Assembly (NCBI GenBank): GCA_012549035.1
Contig: GCA_012549035.1_4805.1
Origin: a phage
DNA length: 64,000 bases
Strand: one strand, 5' to 3'
Part shown: positions 37,945 through 47,156 of the stretch, piece by piece
Layout: every line of letters starts with the position of its first letter
Position numbering within the stretch: the stretch's first letter is position 1
Made by a program: the position numbers and the translations under genes
The notes under the pieces: generated by a model
Told to the model about the DNA's origin: nothing
What the model saw: only the letters and a program-made list of their open reading frames with translations
The model's database searches: none

Positions 37945-38125
37945 TGTTGTCTTCTCCAAACTGCGTGTAATGTTTTCTGGTCGAACTTGGACAGCGTTTC
38001 ACGCTCCGATGCCTTAAGGAATCGCGTGCCAAAGAATAACATACCTTGCGGCGTTTTAACGAGCGACACGCCTTTGTTACGGTAAAGCTTACCAAGGCTG
38101 ATGCGTTGTGGACTTCGGTACTCAT
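37853..38125 (-). CDS. Questionable ORF (overlaps 37651..37944 by 92 nt)
   Basis: Strong AAGGAG SD and ATG at 38125 but Arg/Ser/Cys-rich product and large overlap; may terminate earlier in reality. Confidence 0.3.
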   Translation of the reverse strand: MSTEVHNASALVSFTVTKACRSLKRRKVCYSLARDSLRHRSVKRCPSSTRKHYTQFGEDNNETKPSANSNIVPDGRRNAIHAARRPQEGL

Positions 38126-38153
38126 AATCAGTTCTCCTTTGCTTGATGAACTA

Positions 38154-38201
38154 AGTATAATACAGGCAAATAAAAAGGCAAGCATCTAGCTCACCTTTTT
38201 G
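38154..38201 (-). promoter_or_regulatory. Terminator-promoter cassette, copy 1
   Basis: Hairpin aggcaagc/gcttgcct with flanking A/T runs; minus-strand TTGCCT, 16-nt spacer, TATACT; about 60 bp near-identical to copy at 39414-39461. Confidence 0.45.
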
Positions 38202-38203
38202 AA

Positions 38204-38464
38204 TTAAATATTCTTCGCCTCTTCGTGGAGGCCGACTGACCTTAGTTTGCGTCGCAAGTAAGCTTTCTTCTCGCTCTCCCGTCCTGCTGGGGTGACTCGC
38301 CAACGTAATGTGTTCTCCAGATTCTTGCGTCGGTTGTGCTCGTCGAGTAGCTCTACCAGTGCCTTTGCATCGTCGAGTGTTAACACCACGGGCCGCGACC
38401 CATTAACGGCTTGTCGAAGCTTCCGCGCGGCAACGGCCAGCTTAGTCATCGGACCCTTGTTCAC
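38204..38464 (-). CDS. Hypothetical protein
   Basis: 86-aa ORF; GTG start with AAGGAG SD, or ATG at 38449. Confidence 0.45.
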   Translation of the reverse strand: MNKGPMTKLAVAARKLRQAVNGSRPVVLTLDDAKALVELLDEHNRRKNLENTLRWRVTPAGRESEKKAYLRRKLRSVGLHEEAKNI

Positions 38465-38853
38465 GGCAACTCCTTATTCATCGGCGTTATGGAAAGCACC
38501 TTCACTTCAGTGATGTCACGGTTGTATTCGCGCTTGATTTGTAGAATCTGGGATTGGATGCGCGCGATAAAATGCGGCGTGATTCCTTCCTTAACGTTAA
38601 TCCAGGCCGCAAGCTGCATCGAGTCGATGTCACTTCTCAATGTCGTTGGGCAGTTAATAGCACTTGGTGCACCACTAGCACCGTAAGCAAGTTGCGCGTC
38701 ATAAGCTGAATACTTGAATGACACCAGGAACATTCTTTCTTCAAGCTGACTCTCGCTCTTAGGATTCTTATCACAATTAGTCATGTGCTGCACAAACTCT
38801 TCGTGTGGAAGATGCATCACATCGTGGCAATACGGACAACGTTTCATTCTCAT
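38461..38853 (-). CDS. Hypothetical zinc-finger protein
   Basis: N-terminal CPYCHDVMHLPHEEFVQHMTNC cysteine/histidine cluster. Confidence 0.5.
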   Translation of the reverse strand: MRMKRCPYCHDVMHLPHEEFVQHMTNCDKNPKSESQLEERMFLVSFKYSAYDAQLAYGASGAPSAINCPTTLRSDIDSMQLAAWINVKEGITPHFIARIQSQILQIKREYNRDITEVKVLSITPMNKELP

Positions 38854-39086
38854 TTTGCATACTCCATAGCATATTGCTGCAGCTTAAACGCAGCCTTTTG
38901 TAATTGTTTGTGGCGTTCAAATAACGTCTCACGCTTTTCAGCAGGGCAATCGGCGCGAAGCATTGTTATGGCAACGCTTGACATAGCATTCAATAAAAAC
39001 TGAAAACAAGACACCATTCTCAGCTCATTGCGCTTGTTGAAAGACAACTTACCCAGCGCGGCATTCATAATTGCACCTCGACACAC
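38850..39086 (-). CDS. Hypothetical protein
   Basis: 78-aa ORF. Confidence 0.45.
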   Translation of the reverse strand: MCRGAIMNAALGKLSFNKRNELRMVSCFQFLLNAMSSVAITMLRADCPAEKRETLFERHKQLQKAAFKLQQYAMEYAK

Positions 39087-39382
39087 GATTCACTAGCCGA
39101 GAATCCCCAGCCTTCCAGACCGACTTCGCCGCAACAGCGCACCTTTGCCCAACCAGTCATGAGCCATTGGCGATACTTTTCGAAGTATGTTGGCTTTTCT
39201 GAATAACAATGAACAAGGCCGTCGTCATCAATGGCCACGTAACGCGTCCAAGGCGCAACGGGTACAACTACGTCGGGGTGCGACTCTGGCCAAGGCTTGA
39301 TGTGTACAGCTGTGTTCAAGTCTACGTTTAACACGCTGCCTAACCGCTCGTCTTGCTCCTGGTCGATGCCTAAGTAAATCAT
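39065..39382 (-). CDS. Hypothetical protein
   Basis: ATG at 39382 (MIYLGIDQEQ) after GAGGTGA SD; track extension lies in promoter cassette. Confidence 0.5.
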   Translation of the reverse strand: MIYLGIDQEQDERLGSVLNVDLNTAVHIKPWPESHPDVVVPVAPWTRYVAIDDDGLVHCYSEKPTYFEKYRQWLMTGWAKVRCCGEVGLEGWGFSASESCVEVQL

Positions 39383-39413
39383 AATCACCTCGCTTGTTTG
39401 TCTTGATGAAAAG

Positions 39414-39461
39414 AGTATAAGTATTGATAAAAGAAAAGGCAAGCATTTAGCTCACCTTTTT
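39414..39461 (-). promoter_or_regulatory. Terminator-promoter cassette, copy 2
   Basis: Same hairpin and -35/-10 arrangement as 38154-38201. Confidence 0.45.
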
Positions 39462-39466
39462 GATAT

Positions 39467-39799
39467 TCATTTTACATAGTGAAGTAGGTCAATCTCTATC
39501 TGTTCACGTGTCCTTGTTATCTTTGTATCACCCGTCCGGTGAGAGAATCGATAGATGGTCAACTCTCCGTCACCTCCTCTATCGAACTTCATGTTGGCTA
39601 GTCGACAAGCATATATTGCATTAAGCTTATTACCATAAGACAAAATGTTAAATGTCAAAACGGTATCGCCCATCCTCACATTCTCTTTTATGCACCTCTT
39701 TAAGAAGTAATAGGACTCGGCAAAGGCGTTGTGCCTTTTCCAGATTTCGTTCACCTTCCTACGCTCATGCGCGGCAAGTATCTGATCACGGGTCATCAC
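39467..39799 (-). CDS. Hypothetical protein
   Basis: 110-aa ORF. Confidence 0.5.
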   Translation of the reverse strand: MMTRDQILAAHERRKVNEIWKRHNAFAESYYFLKRCIKENVRMGDTVLTFNILSYGNKLNAIYACRLANMKFDRGGDGELTIYRFSHRTGDTKITRTREQIEIDLLHYVK

Positions 39800-40035
39800 T
39801 GCACCTCTGTTATTCCGGTAATTCGAACGATGACGGTGTCATCCAAATTGAACTGCTGCCGCGCGACGCGTTTGATGTCGTCCTTAAGGTCAGAAATCAA
39901 CTCCCTTGTTAACACTGTACGCTCTGAGACGCCATATTGAACGTCAAAGGTATACTCGCCATAAAATACCGCGCCATTGGGAAGTTGAACGACATAGAAT
40001 GCCATATACATGGCGTTAATATAATCTTCCATCAC
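39796..40035 (-). CDS. Hypothetical protein
   Basis: Start at MEDYINAMYMAF (ATG 40035) gives ATGA-type coupling to upstream gene. Confidence 0.45.
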   Translation of the reverse strand: MMEDYINAMYMAFYVVQLPNGAVFYGEYTFDVQYGVSERTVLTRELISDLKDDIKRVARQQFNLDDTVIVRITGITEVQ

Positions 40036-40379
40036 ACATTCTCCACGGGTCGACGAATGAGTTTGCGTAATCCTTCGGGCCAGACCTTCTTGATGACGGC
40101 CTTTGCTGGGCTGGATGAAAGCTTCTTCAGCTTCAATAGGACACATCCTTCATCACCGTTCGGTTGCACCTGGATAACGACTCGCGCTTGTCGGTCGATG
40201 ACCATGACATCGCCAATGCGAATGTCTTTTACCAACACGCCCATCTCCTTCGTGCCGGATACGCCATTGATGTGATCAAAACCTTTTCGCAGCGGCTTCA
40301 TCCTTTCTTCTCCTGCCATTTCTCTGACACGTTTCTTAATCTCTGCGCCAAACAACACTTCGTCTTTAACATGAGCCAT
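40032..40379 (-). CDS. Hypothetical protein
   Basis: 115-aa ORF. Confidence 0.5.
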   Translation of the reverse strand: MAHVKDEVLFGAEIKKRVREMAGEERMKPLRKGFDHINGVSGTKEMGVLVKDIRIGDVMVIDRQARVVIQVQPNGDEGCVLLKLKKLSSSPAKAVIKKVWPEGLRKLIRRPVENV

Positions 40380-40860
40380 GGTCGAGCACCTTATAAAGAA
40401 TGCAAGAAGGACTGCTGAACTCCCTTAATGCATAAGCCACGTTCAAGCTGCCAGGTTCTTTCTTTGCGTTTGTCACTTCCATGTATTGGCAACCGTTTAT
40501 GCTGTATCGCCTTACTACAACAGCATTGAAAATCTGACTGCCGTAATATACGCAAACAATAACGTCACCAACTTCTATCTTATCAGCCGGAACAGGCTTA
40601 AGGCGCGGCTTTTTATCAACATAAGTTTGAATAGGAACTCTTACGCAACGTGATTGATGGTGAATAGGTCTTGTTGCACCCTTGACGTTTCGCTTCAGTA
40701 ATTCATCGATGGCATAGTCGACATCATCACTTTTAAACTCATTCATGATAAAGTTTCTTACCTTTACACGAATGTTGACATCTGCCTCTGCACGTCTCAA
40801 TGCGTGTAAAATTTCTTCACACTCTTCTTTGTTTAACATTAAAGGGCGATGAATGATCAT
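40366..40860 (-). CDS. Hypothetical protein
   Basis: 164-aa ORF; AGAGGT SD. Confidence 0.5.
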   Translation of the reverse strand: MIIHRPLMLNKEECEEILHALRRAEADVNIRVKVRNFIMNEFKSDDVDYAIDELLKRNVKGATRPIHHQSRCVRVPIQTYVDKKPRLKPVPADKIEVGDVIVCVYYGSQIFNAVVVRRYSINGCQYMEVTNAKKEPGSLNVAYALREFSSPSCILYKVLDHGSC

Positions 40861-40865
40861 AATTA

Positions 40866-41018
40866 ACCTCTGATTTGTGACACAAAACGTTTATAGTGTT
40901 CTTTGGCCAGGACGCGTGCGCGCTCTTTCGTATGGCCGCTGGCTTCAAGTACGCGGCGAAGCTGCTTGATTGCGTCTGCCTTACTGATTTTATTATCGCT
41001 AAATTGATATTTATTCAT
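40866..41018 (-). CDS. Small hypothetical protein (50 aa)
   Basis: MNKYQFSDNKISKADAIKQLRRVLEASGHTKERARVLAKEHYKRFVSQIRG; ATG overlaps upstream TGA (ATGA coupling); below track cut-off. Confidence 0.4.
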
Positions 41019-41236
41019 GCTTCACAAGCCGCCTTAATTTGACGTGTAGTAACGATGACCACTTCACCAACCAGTGACTTGTCATCTTCTTTTACCGTAT
41101 CGATTCGAACGCGGTAGTGATTGCGACCGCGCAAATCGGTAAGGTATTCATCCAGCTCAAGGATGGTGCCTGCTCGCATATGTTGTCCTGATACCCAACG
41201 GATACGGTCGCCAGCCTTAAGGGTTTTCTTGCTCAT
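41015..41236 (-). CDS. Hypothetical protein
   Basis: Start at MSKKTLKAGDRIRW (ATG 41236); track N-terminus is Arg/Cys-rich and unlikely. Confidence 0.45.
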   Translation of the reverse strand: MSKKTLKAGDRIRWVSGQHMRAGTILELDEYLTDLRGRNHYRVRIDTVKEDDKSLVGEVVIVTTRQIKAACEA

Positions 41237-41243
41237 CTTCAAC

Positions 41244-41522
41244 TCACTTATAATATTTAAACATAGCCGCGCAAAAGTCTTGCATGGCATTCTTAATTTG
41301 CTTCTTGAACAACGGATCATGCATCGTTTCAACATTCGTCTTAATCCGAACGTGACCGATAACATCAAACGCAGTCGCTGGCATCGGCTCATAGATTTCA
41401 TGATCGTTCAAGATTATGTCTAGCTTTGACTCAGAAATCACGGGATAATTCTTGCCAGCAGTAAATTGGTCATCAATAGATGATATGCACTTGACAAAGA
41501 ATACTTTGTATGTAGTAATCAT
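41244..41522 (-). CDS. Hypothetical protein
   Basis: 92-aa ORF. Confidence 0.5.
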   Translation of the reverse strand: MITTYKVFFVKCISSIDDQFTAGKNYPVISESKLDIILNDHEIYEPMPATAFDVIGHVRIKTNVETMHDPLFKKQIKNAMQDFCAAMFKYYK

Positions 41523-41728
41523 AGAGAATCCTTCGGGCCGCAGTAGCGCCCGTCCAGGTAGCGGTCGTATTGGATTAAAGCGAATGTTTTCAATGAAAGG
41601 TTACGGCGCTTAAACAGGTGACCCGTTGATGGATTCCGCTCGTGCGCCGTTGGATAAAGGCGTGTCAGGTAGTGGATGAGGACTTGTAAAGCCCTACGTT
41701 GCTTTGTTATTCTCCCTTGTGTATTCAT
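41519..41728 (-). CDS. Questionable small ORF
   Basis: 69 aa; ATGA coupling to downstream gene but GC-rich, possibly structured non-coding region. Confidence 0.3.
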   Translation of the reverse strand: MNTQGRITKQRRALQVLIHYLTRLYPTAHERNPSTGHLFKRRNLSLKTFALIQYDRYLDGRYCGPKDSL

Positions 41729-41918
41729 GGCTGAATCTACCCTCTGTCAATATCCGGTCATGGATAACTATACCAGTACAGCGCAGGCGGTTGGCATTGC
41801 TTCTCGCCTTTGCTGCTTGATGAGGATTGAACAAGCCAAACAAACTAGCCTTAAACGCAAACTGGTAATATTTGATTAAGGTACTAAGTGCTAACTCAAT
41901 CCTGTCTAAATTAATCAT
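41694..41918 (-). CDS. Hypothetical protein
   Basis: 74-aa ORF with strong GAGGTGA SD before ATG 41918. Confidence 0.4.
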   Translation of the reverse strand: MINLDRIELALSTLIKYYQFAFKASLFGLFNPHQAAKARSNANRLRCTGIVIHDRILTEGRFSHEYTRENNKAT

Positions 41919-41957
41919 AATATCACCTCGTCAGAAAAGCAAATATTTTGATGATAA

Positions 41958-42605
41958 TTATCCTGTGGCCTGCATATTGCGTACATACTTCTGCTCTAAT
42001 GAATAGATGAAGTCGGCGACAGTCAATCCCTTCGTGTGCCATTCATACATGGTGAAGCCTGTATTCAGGAAATAGCCGCGCACCTTGTCCATCGCTTCAG
42101 CTTCCTCCATTGAAGCCATCAGCGCGGCGACGTTGTCATAAGAAGGCACAAATCCCTTCTTGCGTAGCGCATTGCGCAAATCTTTAGTTCTGAAGCCAAT
42201 CTTGCAAGGGTCATCGCGGCCCGTGGATGATGCAACCTTTGGAAGAGCAAGGAACTCTTTGAGGAACATTGCAATGTTCAAGTCGCCTGCATCATCAAGC
42301 TTCTGGATTCGGTTGCGACCGCGACCCTTGAATTCACTCGCACGAGGGTGAGCGCCAAAACAGTGCGCCCCTTCCAGTTTAGGGTCAATGATCATCACAT
42401 CTTTCCCAATGCGCAGCTCTACGTAGTAAAGATAAGACTCATCGACAAGCTTTGTGCGCTTGCAAGTGATTGAGTCCTTATCATAACCAAAGCCGCGCAA
42501 CACGGTTGAGATCATTCGGTTCATTTCTTCGCCGTGAACGTCACTTTCTTTGTTCAGTTCACCAAGATGTTGAAAGAATTTAGCGATGTTGATTGCTTTA
42601 TTCAT
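41958..42605 (-). CDS. Hypothetical protein
   Basis: 215-aa ORF overlapping primase-helicase stop. Confidence 0.55.
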   Translation of the reverse strand: MNKAINIAKFFQHLGELNKESDVHGEEMNRMISTVLRGFGYDKDSITCKRTKLVDESYLYYVELRIGKDVMIIDPKLEGAHCFGAHPRASEFKGRGRNRIQKLDDAGDLNIAMFLKEFLALPKVASSTGRDDPCKIGFRTKDLRNALRKKGFVPSYDNVAALMASMEEAEAMDKVRGYFLNTGFTMYEWHTKGLTVADFIYSLEQKYVRNMQATG

Positions 42606-44275
42606 CAGAATTCATCCTTATCTCTTCCCAAAGAACGTTTACGCTCAATAACCTTCTTCAAGAATTCAATATCTTCAGGGTCAGACTCATCGCGGATAAG
42701 ATACGCTAAGATGGTCATCAAATCAGAAATGTATTCTCCTGCTTCATTCTTAATCAGCGGCGTAAAGTACCCGCGCTGGTTGCGATAGGTTGCAGGCTCA
42801 AAACCAAGCTTCGACATGTGCGGCGCAAGGGTACGAGAGAAAGGCGACTTGCCACACTTCGCTCTGAATCCCATAGCAATAGCGCCACTGGTGATGTGCC
42901 AGCGTCCGCTGTGATGTCGGTCATAAGGCGCGGTGATGACGACTTCAACAAGGTCGTTGTCGACCATCTCATCACGGATAACGCCGCGCGCACGTTCCAT
43001 TTCGTTCTTGCTGAACTCAGTAAGCATGCGAGATGTTTCACCAACAAACGCGTTATAGCCTGCTTCGCCGTGCTTCTCCATCCACGCAGCGCACTCAGCC
43101 ATAAGCTGCCAAACGTCTTCTTTCAAAGTGGAAAGGTCGGCTTGGAAGTCCTTAGACCAGTTCGGTTGCCCGTCCTTGTCAGCGAGTTGGCCAACAAAGA
43201 TAGGGTACACACGACGGTTGCCCGTGTCGTCACGCTGCATGCCTGCGTATTCGTTGCCGTCCATGATCGCAATCCACTGGCGTGGTTTAACCTGCGTATC
43301 TTCAAATTTGAAGTCCAGGTCATCTTCCGTCTTAGTCAGGAATGCTTTCATGTTTTCGATGTCGGCCTTTTTAAAGCCTGTCATCTCGCCAACGTTCGCG
43401 ATAATTGAGCGACCCGTGATAGCTCGCAAGAACGGGTTGAAGTTTTGCGCGGCTAAGTTCAACGGAATCGGTGTTGCGTGGCGGTCGTTCATAATAGCTT
43501 CGCAAAGCAGCTTGCTAAAATAACTCTTCCCTGCGTTCTGGCCGCCGATGAGCGCAATGGAGATTGGCGCTTGACAGCCAGGGTTGGTCAGGCGGTTGTA
43601 GAGCGATAGCCAAAAATACACACCGATTTGTCGGTTTAACTCTGTATCGAACGGTCGGAATAGCTCGATAAGGTATTTCTCGATGCGCGCAGTACCGTCC
43701 CATTCAGGCAGCTTCTTGTAGAAGAAGTCCATCAGGTCGTCGCGCTGATAACGCATGGCCCATTCCTTATAGGATTGAGCGACCTGACGTGAGTTTGGGT
43801 TGGACAACCCTGCTGCGTCGACAGCGGCAACTATCTCTGTGACTTCCAAGGTACGGTCAGTGAATGTTTCGCCGCGATGGTCGACTAAGCGCCCACGAAA
43901 AGTATCTTTGTGAGGGAATGGAACAACGCCACTTCCCTTATCAAACAACGCGTCGAACACCGCATAACGGTTCATGTCACTCGTCCGGTCTGCCTGTAGA
44001 ACGAAGTCATCTTTAGTCGGCTTGTAGTGAGGGAACTTGATTACCTGAAGTGAGGCGAGCAAGCGTGCTCTTTCAACCAAGTCTTCTTCACCGTAGCATT
44101 CCATGCGCTCTGAATCTTTTTCAACGGCTTTATGTTGAAGGCTGATTTTAGCTCTGGTGCCTTGCTGCTCTGCTGCCTGCATTTCTTCCGAAACACCTGC
44201 ATCTTGAATTTCGTCAAAGATTGCACCAAATTCATCACCTGTATCCTCTGGAAGATTGTCATTATTAATTGACAT
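42605..44275 (-). CDS. SF3 primase-helicase (D5 / P4 alpha C-terminal type, putative)
   Basis: 556 aa; Walker A GGQNAGKSYFSKLL; acidic N-terminus; size and motifs fit phage/plasmid primase-associated SF3 helicases. Confidence 0.6.
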   Translation of the reverse strand: MSINNDNLPEDTGDEFGAIFDEIQDAGVSEEMQAAEQQGTRAKISLQHKAVEKDSERMECYGEEDLVERARLLASLQVIKFPHYKPTKDDFVLQADRTSDMNRYAVFDALFDKGSGVVPFPHKDTFRGRLVDHRGETFTDRTLEVTEIVAAVDAAGLSNPNSRQVAQSYKEWAMRYQRDDLMDFFYKKLPEWDGTARIEKYLIELFRPFDTELNRQIGVYFWLSLYNRLTNPGCQAPISIALIGGQNAGKSYFSKLLCEAIMNDRHATPIPLNLAAQNFNPFLRAITGRSIIANVGEMTGFKKADIENMKAFLTKTEDDLDFKFEDTQVKPRQWIAIMDGNEYAGMQRDDTGNRRVYPIFVGQLADKDGQPNWSKDFQADLSTLKEDVWQLMAECAAWMEKHGEAGYNAFVGETSRMLTEFSKNEMERARGVIRDEMVDNDLVEVVITAPYDRHHSGRWHITSGAIAMGFRAKCGKSPFSRTLAPHMSKLGFEPATYRNQRGYFTPLIKNEAGEYISDLMTILAYLIRDESDPEDIEFLKKVIERKRSLGRDKDEF

Positions 44276-44341
44276 TTAATCCTCCTGATACGGCTTTGTT
44301 ATATTGTTGCATGGATATATCCTTTCAGGGTGCGGTAAATA

Positions 44342-44361
44342 AACGCCAGAAATCTGGCGTT
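44342..44361 (-). terminator. Hairpin terminator (possibly bidirectional)
   Basis: aacgccag-aaat-ctggcgtt with T-rich flanks on both strands. Confidence 0.4.
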
Positions 44362-44411
44362 GTATATTAATATAGTAAAACTCAATTTAAAGCAATATAA
44401 CTGGTGAACTA

Positions 44412-44702
44412 TCAGCAAGGAAATTGGTTGGCGTATGCCTTTCTCAATTTGTTTACTGATTGAACAGCATGAAGGTATTGGCAATCGGTGAAGATGCGGC
44501 GCAAATGATCCATAGAAGACAGGTCATCGTTAGTAACCACCAGAATCTCTTCCGAAGGACAGCCAGCCTCTTTGGCAATCTCATTGAGATTTGCGCCACT
44601 AATTTCTTCAACACGTTTCACCTCATCGATACCGTAAACATCAACGGCAACTTCGATGTCGTCATCGCTGATATTTTCACCATAAAGAATTACAATATTC
44701 AT
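44412..44702 (-). CDS. Hypothetical acidic protein
   Basis: 96-aa ORF. Confidence 0.5.
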   Translation of the reverse strand: MNIVILYGENISDDDIEVAVDVYGIDEVKRVEEISGANLNEIAKEAGCPSEEILVVTNDDLSSMDHLRRIFTDCQYLHAVQSVNKLRKAYANQFPC

Positions 44703-44803
44703 CCGCTCACCCCTGCCAAATAATATGCCATATCCAATACATATAATAGCCCCAGGATGATGACAAGGGAAATGATTAATGTGTATTTCTTTACGGCTTT
44801 CAT
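44699..44803 (-). CDS. Tiny membrane peptide (34 aa)
   Basis: MKAVKKYTLIISLVIILGLLYVLDMAYYLAGVSG; stop overlaps next ATG (ATGA). Confidence 0.35.
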   Translation of the reverse strand: MKAVKKYTLIISLVIILGLLYVLDMAYYLAGVSG

Positions 44804-44821
44804 AAGTATCTATACCTAAAT

Positions 44822-45085
44822 TTACTGTTGAGGATCACCAATGGAGTCTGTTGCATCCCATTCAACGCGTGCTGTACGTTCTGCTGGTGGACAACCTTCG
44901 CCAGCGTAAAGTTCCACAACACCTTCATGAGAGCGGCACTGGCACTCTACAAGGTCGCCATCCTCCCAGGCGCCTTCCTCCGCGTTGCGATGTTGCCGCA
45001 CCTTGATAACATCGCTCGCACAGTTAGGACAAGTCGAGAGATTGCTGGTAACGTTCCAGATGAACTCGTTACGGAAAGCACCCAT
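44822..45085 (-). CDS. Hypothetical zinc-ribbon protein
   Basis: CPNC...CQC cysteine pairs; start at MGAFRNEF. Confidence 0.45.
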   Translation of the reverse strand: MGAFRNEFIWNVTSNLSTCPNCASDVIKVRQHRNAEEGAWEDGDLVECQCRSHEGVVELYAGEGCPPAERTARVEWDATDSIGDPQQ

Positions 45086-45086
45086 G

Positions 45087-45377
45087 CTACACCTCTTGAT
45101 CTCTTTGCTGTTGAATCGCGACTGAAGCTTCGTCAAAATTGACTGGCTCAACAGTGAACGTTGCGCTGACGGTAAGGTCTTTAATAGTCAGAAGTGTGTT
45201 GAATCGCTCGGCCTGAAGATTCATAGCGACATGCGTTGATACGTTAAGGATTGCACCAACAACTTCCTCCACTGCGTAGCCTGCAAACAAGGGGAGAATC
45301 TGGTTGACAAGCTTAAGCTCGTTTTCAACACGAAGCTTTTGTGCTTCTTCAACGGTCATCATTTTTGGTTCGTTCAT
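45087..45377 (-). CDS. Hypothetical protein
   Basis: Start at MNEPKMMTVEE (ATG 45377) with AAGGA SD. Confidence 0.45.
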   Translation of the reverse strand: MNEPKMMTVEEAQKLRVENELKLVNQILPLFAGYAVEEVVGAILNVSTHVAMNLQAERFNTLLTIKDLTVSATFTVEPVNFDEASVAIQQQRDQEV

Positions 45378-45381
45378 TTTT

Positions 45382-45528
45382 TTATTCCTTAACAAATTCA
45401 GAGTAGTGTTTGGCCGCAGCCGCTTGATGGTGAGCCATGACTCCTTGAAGGGTCGGAAGCTCTGCTGGTTTAGGTTCTAACGACTTTAACAGACATTCAA
45501 CCTCGATGTTCAATTCTTCGCTTTGCAT
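45382..45528 (-). CDS. Small hypothetical protein (48 aa)
   Basis: MQSEELNIEVECLLKSLEPKPAELPTLQGVMAHHQAAAAKHYSEFVKE; AGAGGTGA SD; below track cut-off. Confidence 0.4.
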   Translation of the reverse strand: MQSEELNIEVECLLKSLEPKPAELPTLQGVMAHHQAAAAKHYSEFVKE

Positions 45529-45586
45529 GAATCACCTCTGCTTCAGTTCATAAAATGATTATAGTTGCTATGAAAATAAAAGCAAA

Positions 45587-46669
45587 CTATTTTATGCCAC
45601 CTGCACGACGATTTATCATGTCAAGTTGATTCTCAATATAAGGCATGACGATTGCTTCAACAAAAGCAGTCCAACCTTTCTTGCCTTCCCCTTTCCGGTG
45701 ACAGTCGTGGGCGCAACCGAACACAAATTCATGTTCTGCACCAGGGATAGGGCCGCGAAAGTAAGCGCCATACGGGTCGCCGTTGGTGTGCTCTTCACCC
45801 CAAGGACAGATTATGCGGCACTTGCCTGACATATTCTCGATGACGTCGCCATCAGACCCTTCACCCATCTTGTTGCGCGCTAGAATTTGCTGGGCTATTT
45901 TATACCAAACGGCATCATACTTGTATTCATCGACGTCAATTTGAATCTCACGCTTTTGCGGCATGACGACGTGAAAGCCAAATGCCTGACAAATGTCTTC
46001 GATGGTGTAGCGCAAGGAGTAGTCTGCATGGACAAGTCGGCAGCGGAACGGGTCGCCGTTCTCATCGACATATTTATAGGGGCCGTCGTGAGTCACACGC
46101 TTGTTATTGATGCACCCAGGAACACGGCCCACGCGCGTTACGTCTTTAATCGTGTTGTCGCCGCCCTTCTTGAGTACCATGTTAACGAAAGACCCAAGGA
46201 ACGCTTTGAACTGAATAAGATGGTCAATCGGTTCTTTAAAGAAGTACCAAAGCTGGTGGTTGTTCGGTGAAGTCTCGACGATGACAGTCGGCTTCAGTCG
46301 CTCAAAAAAGAATTCCAAATCTAAATCGCCTTTGGACCCTTTACCGTGACCGATGTCGTCGACCATCATCGCCATACCGTGACCAAAGGCCGACTCTGTA
46401 CGCCAGTATCGCATCTCACCCGTCTTTGGGTTGGGAGACTTACGCATTGAACTGATGCAAGCATAGCCGTTTTGGTGCTGCATGAGCGGCTTGCCCAACT
46501 TCCAAGGCTTAGGCCAGAAGCTGCTGTTAATCTTCTTGCCGCGCTCGTCAGTCTGCACCGTTGCTTCAGGAGCAAACACCGTCATGACGCGCTCATCTTC
46601 TGGGATGCCTCTTTGGAGTTCTGTTAAAAACTCTTCAATTATTTTTGCTTCTTCTCTTAAACTAGCCAT
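45587..46669 (-). CDS. Primase/replication-initiation-like protein with Cys/His zinc cluster (putative)
   Basis: 360 aa; first gene of minus-strand early operon; CPWGEEH...FGCAHDCH motif; family assignment tentative. Confidence 0.4.
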   Translation of the reverse strand: MASLREEAKIIEEFLTELQRGIPEDERVMTVFAPEATVQTDERGKKINSSFWPKPWKLGKPLMQHQNGYACISSMRKSPNPKTGEMRYWRTESAFGHGMAMMVDDIGHGKGSKGDLDLEFFFERLKPTVIVETSPNNHQLWYFFKEPIDHLIQFKAFLGSFVNMVLKKGGDNTIKDVTRVGRVPGCINNKRVTHDGPYKYVDENGDPFRCRLVHADYSLRYTIEDICQAFGFHVVMPQKREIQIDVDEYKYDAVWYKIAQQILARNKMGEGSDGDVIENMSGKCRIICPWGEEHTNGDPYGAYFRGPIPGAEHEFVFGCAHDCHRKGEGKKGWTAFVEAIVMPYIENQLDMINRRAGGIK

Positions 46670-46829
46670 CTTTCTTTCCTTTGGTGATCAATACCTGCAG
46701 TATAATATTGAGTGATACAAAGTCAACAATATTTACCATTTAGTTCACAATTTCGATTTACTTTGCTTTATACTATATCTGCAATTATACTATCAGAAAA
46801 TATTTCCGCACTAACAAAGGTCGCCTGAA
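46670..46829. promoter_or_regulatory. Divergent promoter region between early minus operon and plus replication module
   Basis: 160-bp AT-rich gap with several TATAAT/TATACT-like hexamers between oppositely oriented genes. Confidence 0.45.
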
Positions 46830-47156
46830 ATGAACGAAAAAGAGACGAAGCAACGCGAACGTGCAACACACGTCGGAATCGTTGAGTCCTTCCTTAATAC
46901 AAGATTGAATTCAAGCCTAACAATCATGCGATTCCTGGGTCAACCAGACAGAATCAAATTTATTTTTGCCGCAAATCCGGTATCGCTGTACATCCCTGTT
47001 GAATCCATGGCGTACTTAGTGCGCGACGAGAAAGGATGGAAGATACCAAACACAACTGTTTTCTTCAGCCATGTTGATGGTGAGATGTTTGAACGAAAAG
47101 AAGATTGCCATTTTATTCCAGTATATCTGGACCTTGAAAGCGTAGTGGAGTTATAA
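46830..47156 (+). CDS. Hypothetical protein
   Basis: 108-aa ORF. Confidence 0.5.
   Translation: MNEKETKQRERATHVGIVESFLNTRLNSSLTIMRFLGQPDRIKFIFAANPVSLYIPVESMAYLVRDEKGWKIPNTTVFFSHVDGEMFERKEDCHFIPVYLDLESVVEL

Noticed and set aside
41523-41700. Possible tRNA or structured RNA in GC-rich stretch
   Set aside because: No T-loop/anticodon architecture recognisable; region can be read as small coupled ORFs instead. Left as low-confidence CDS.
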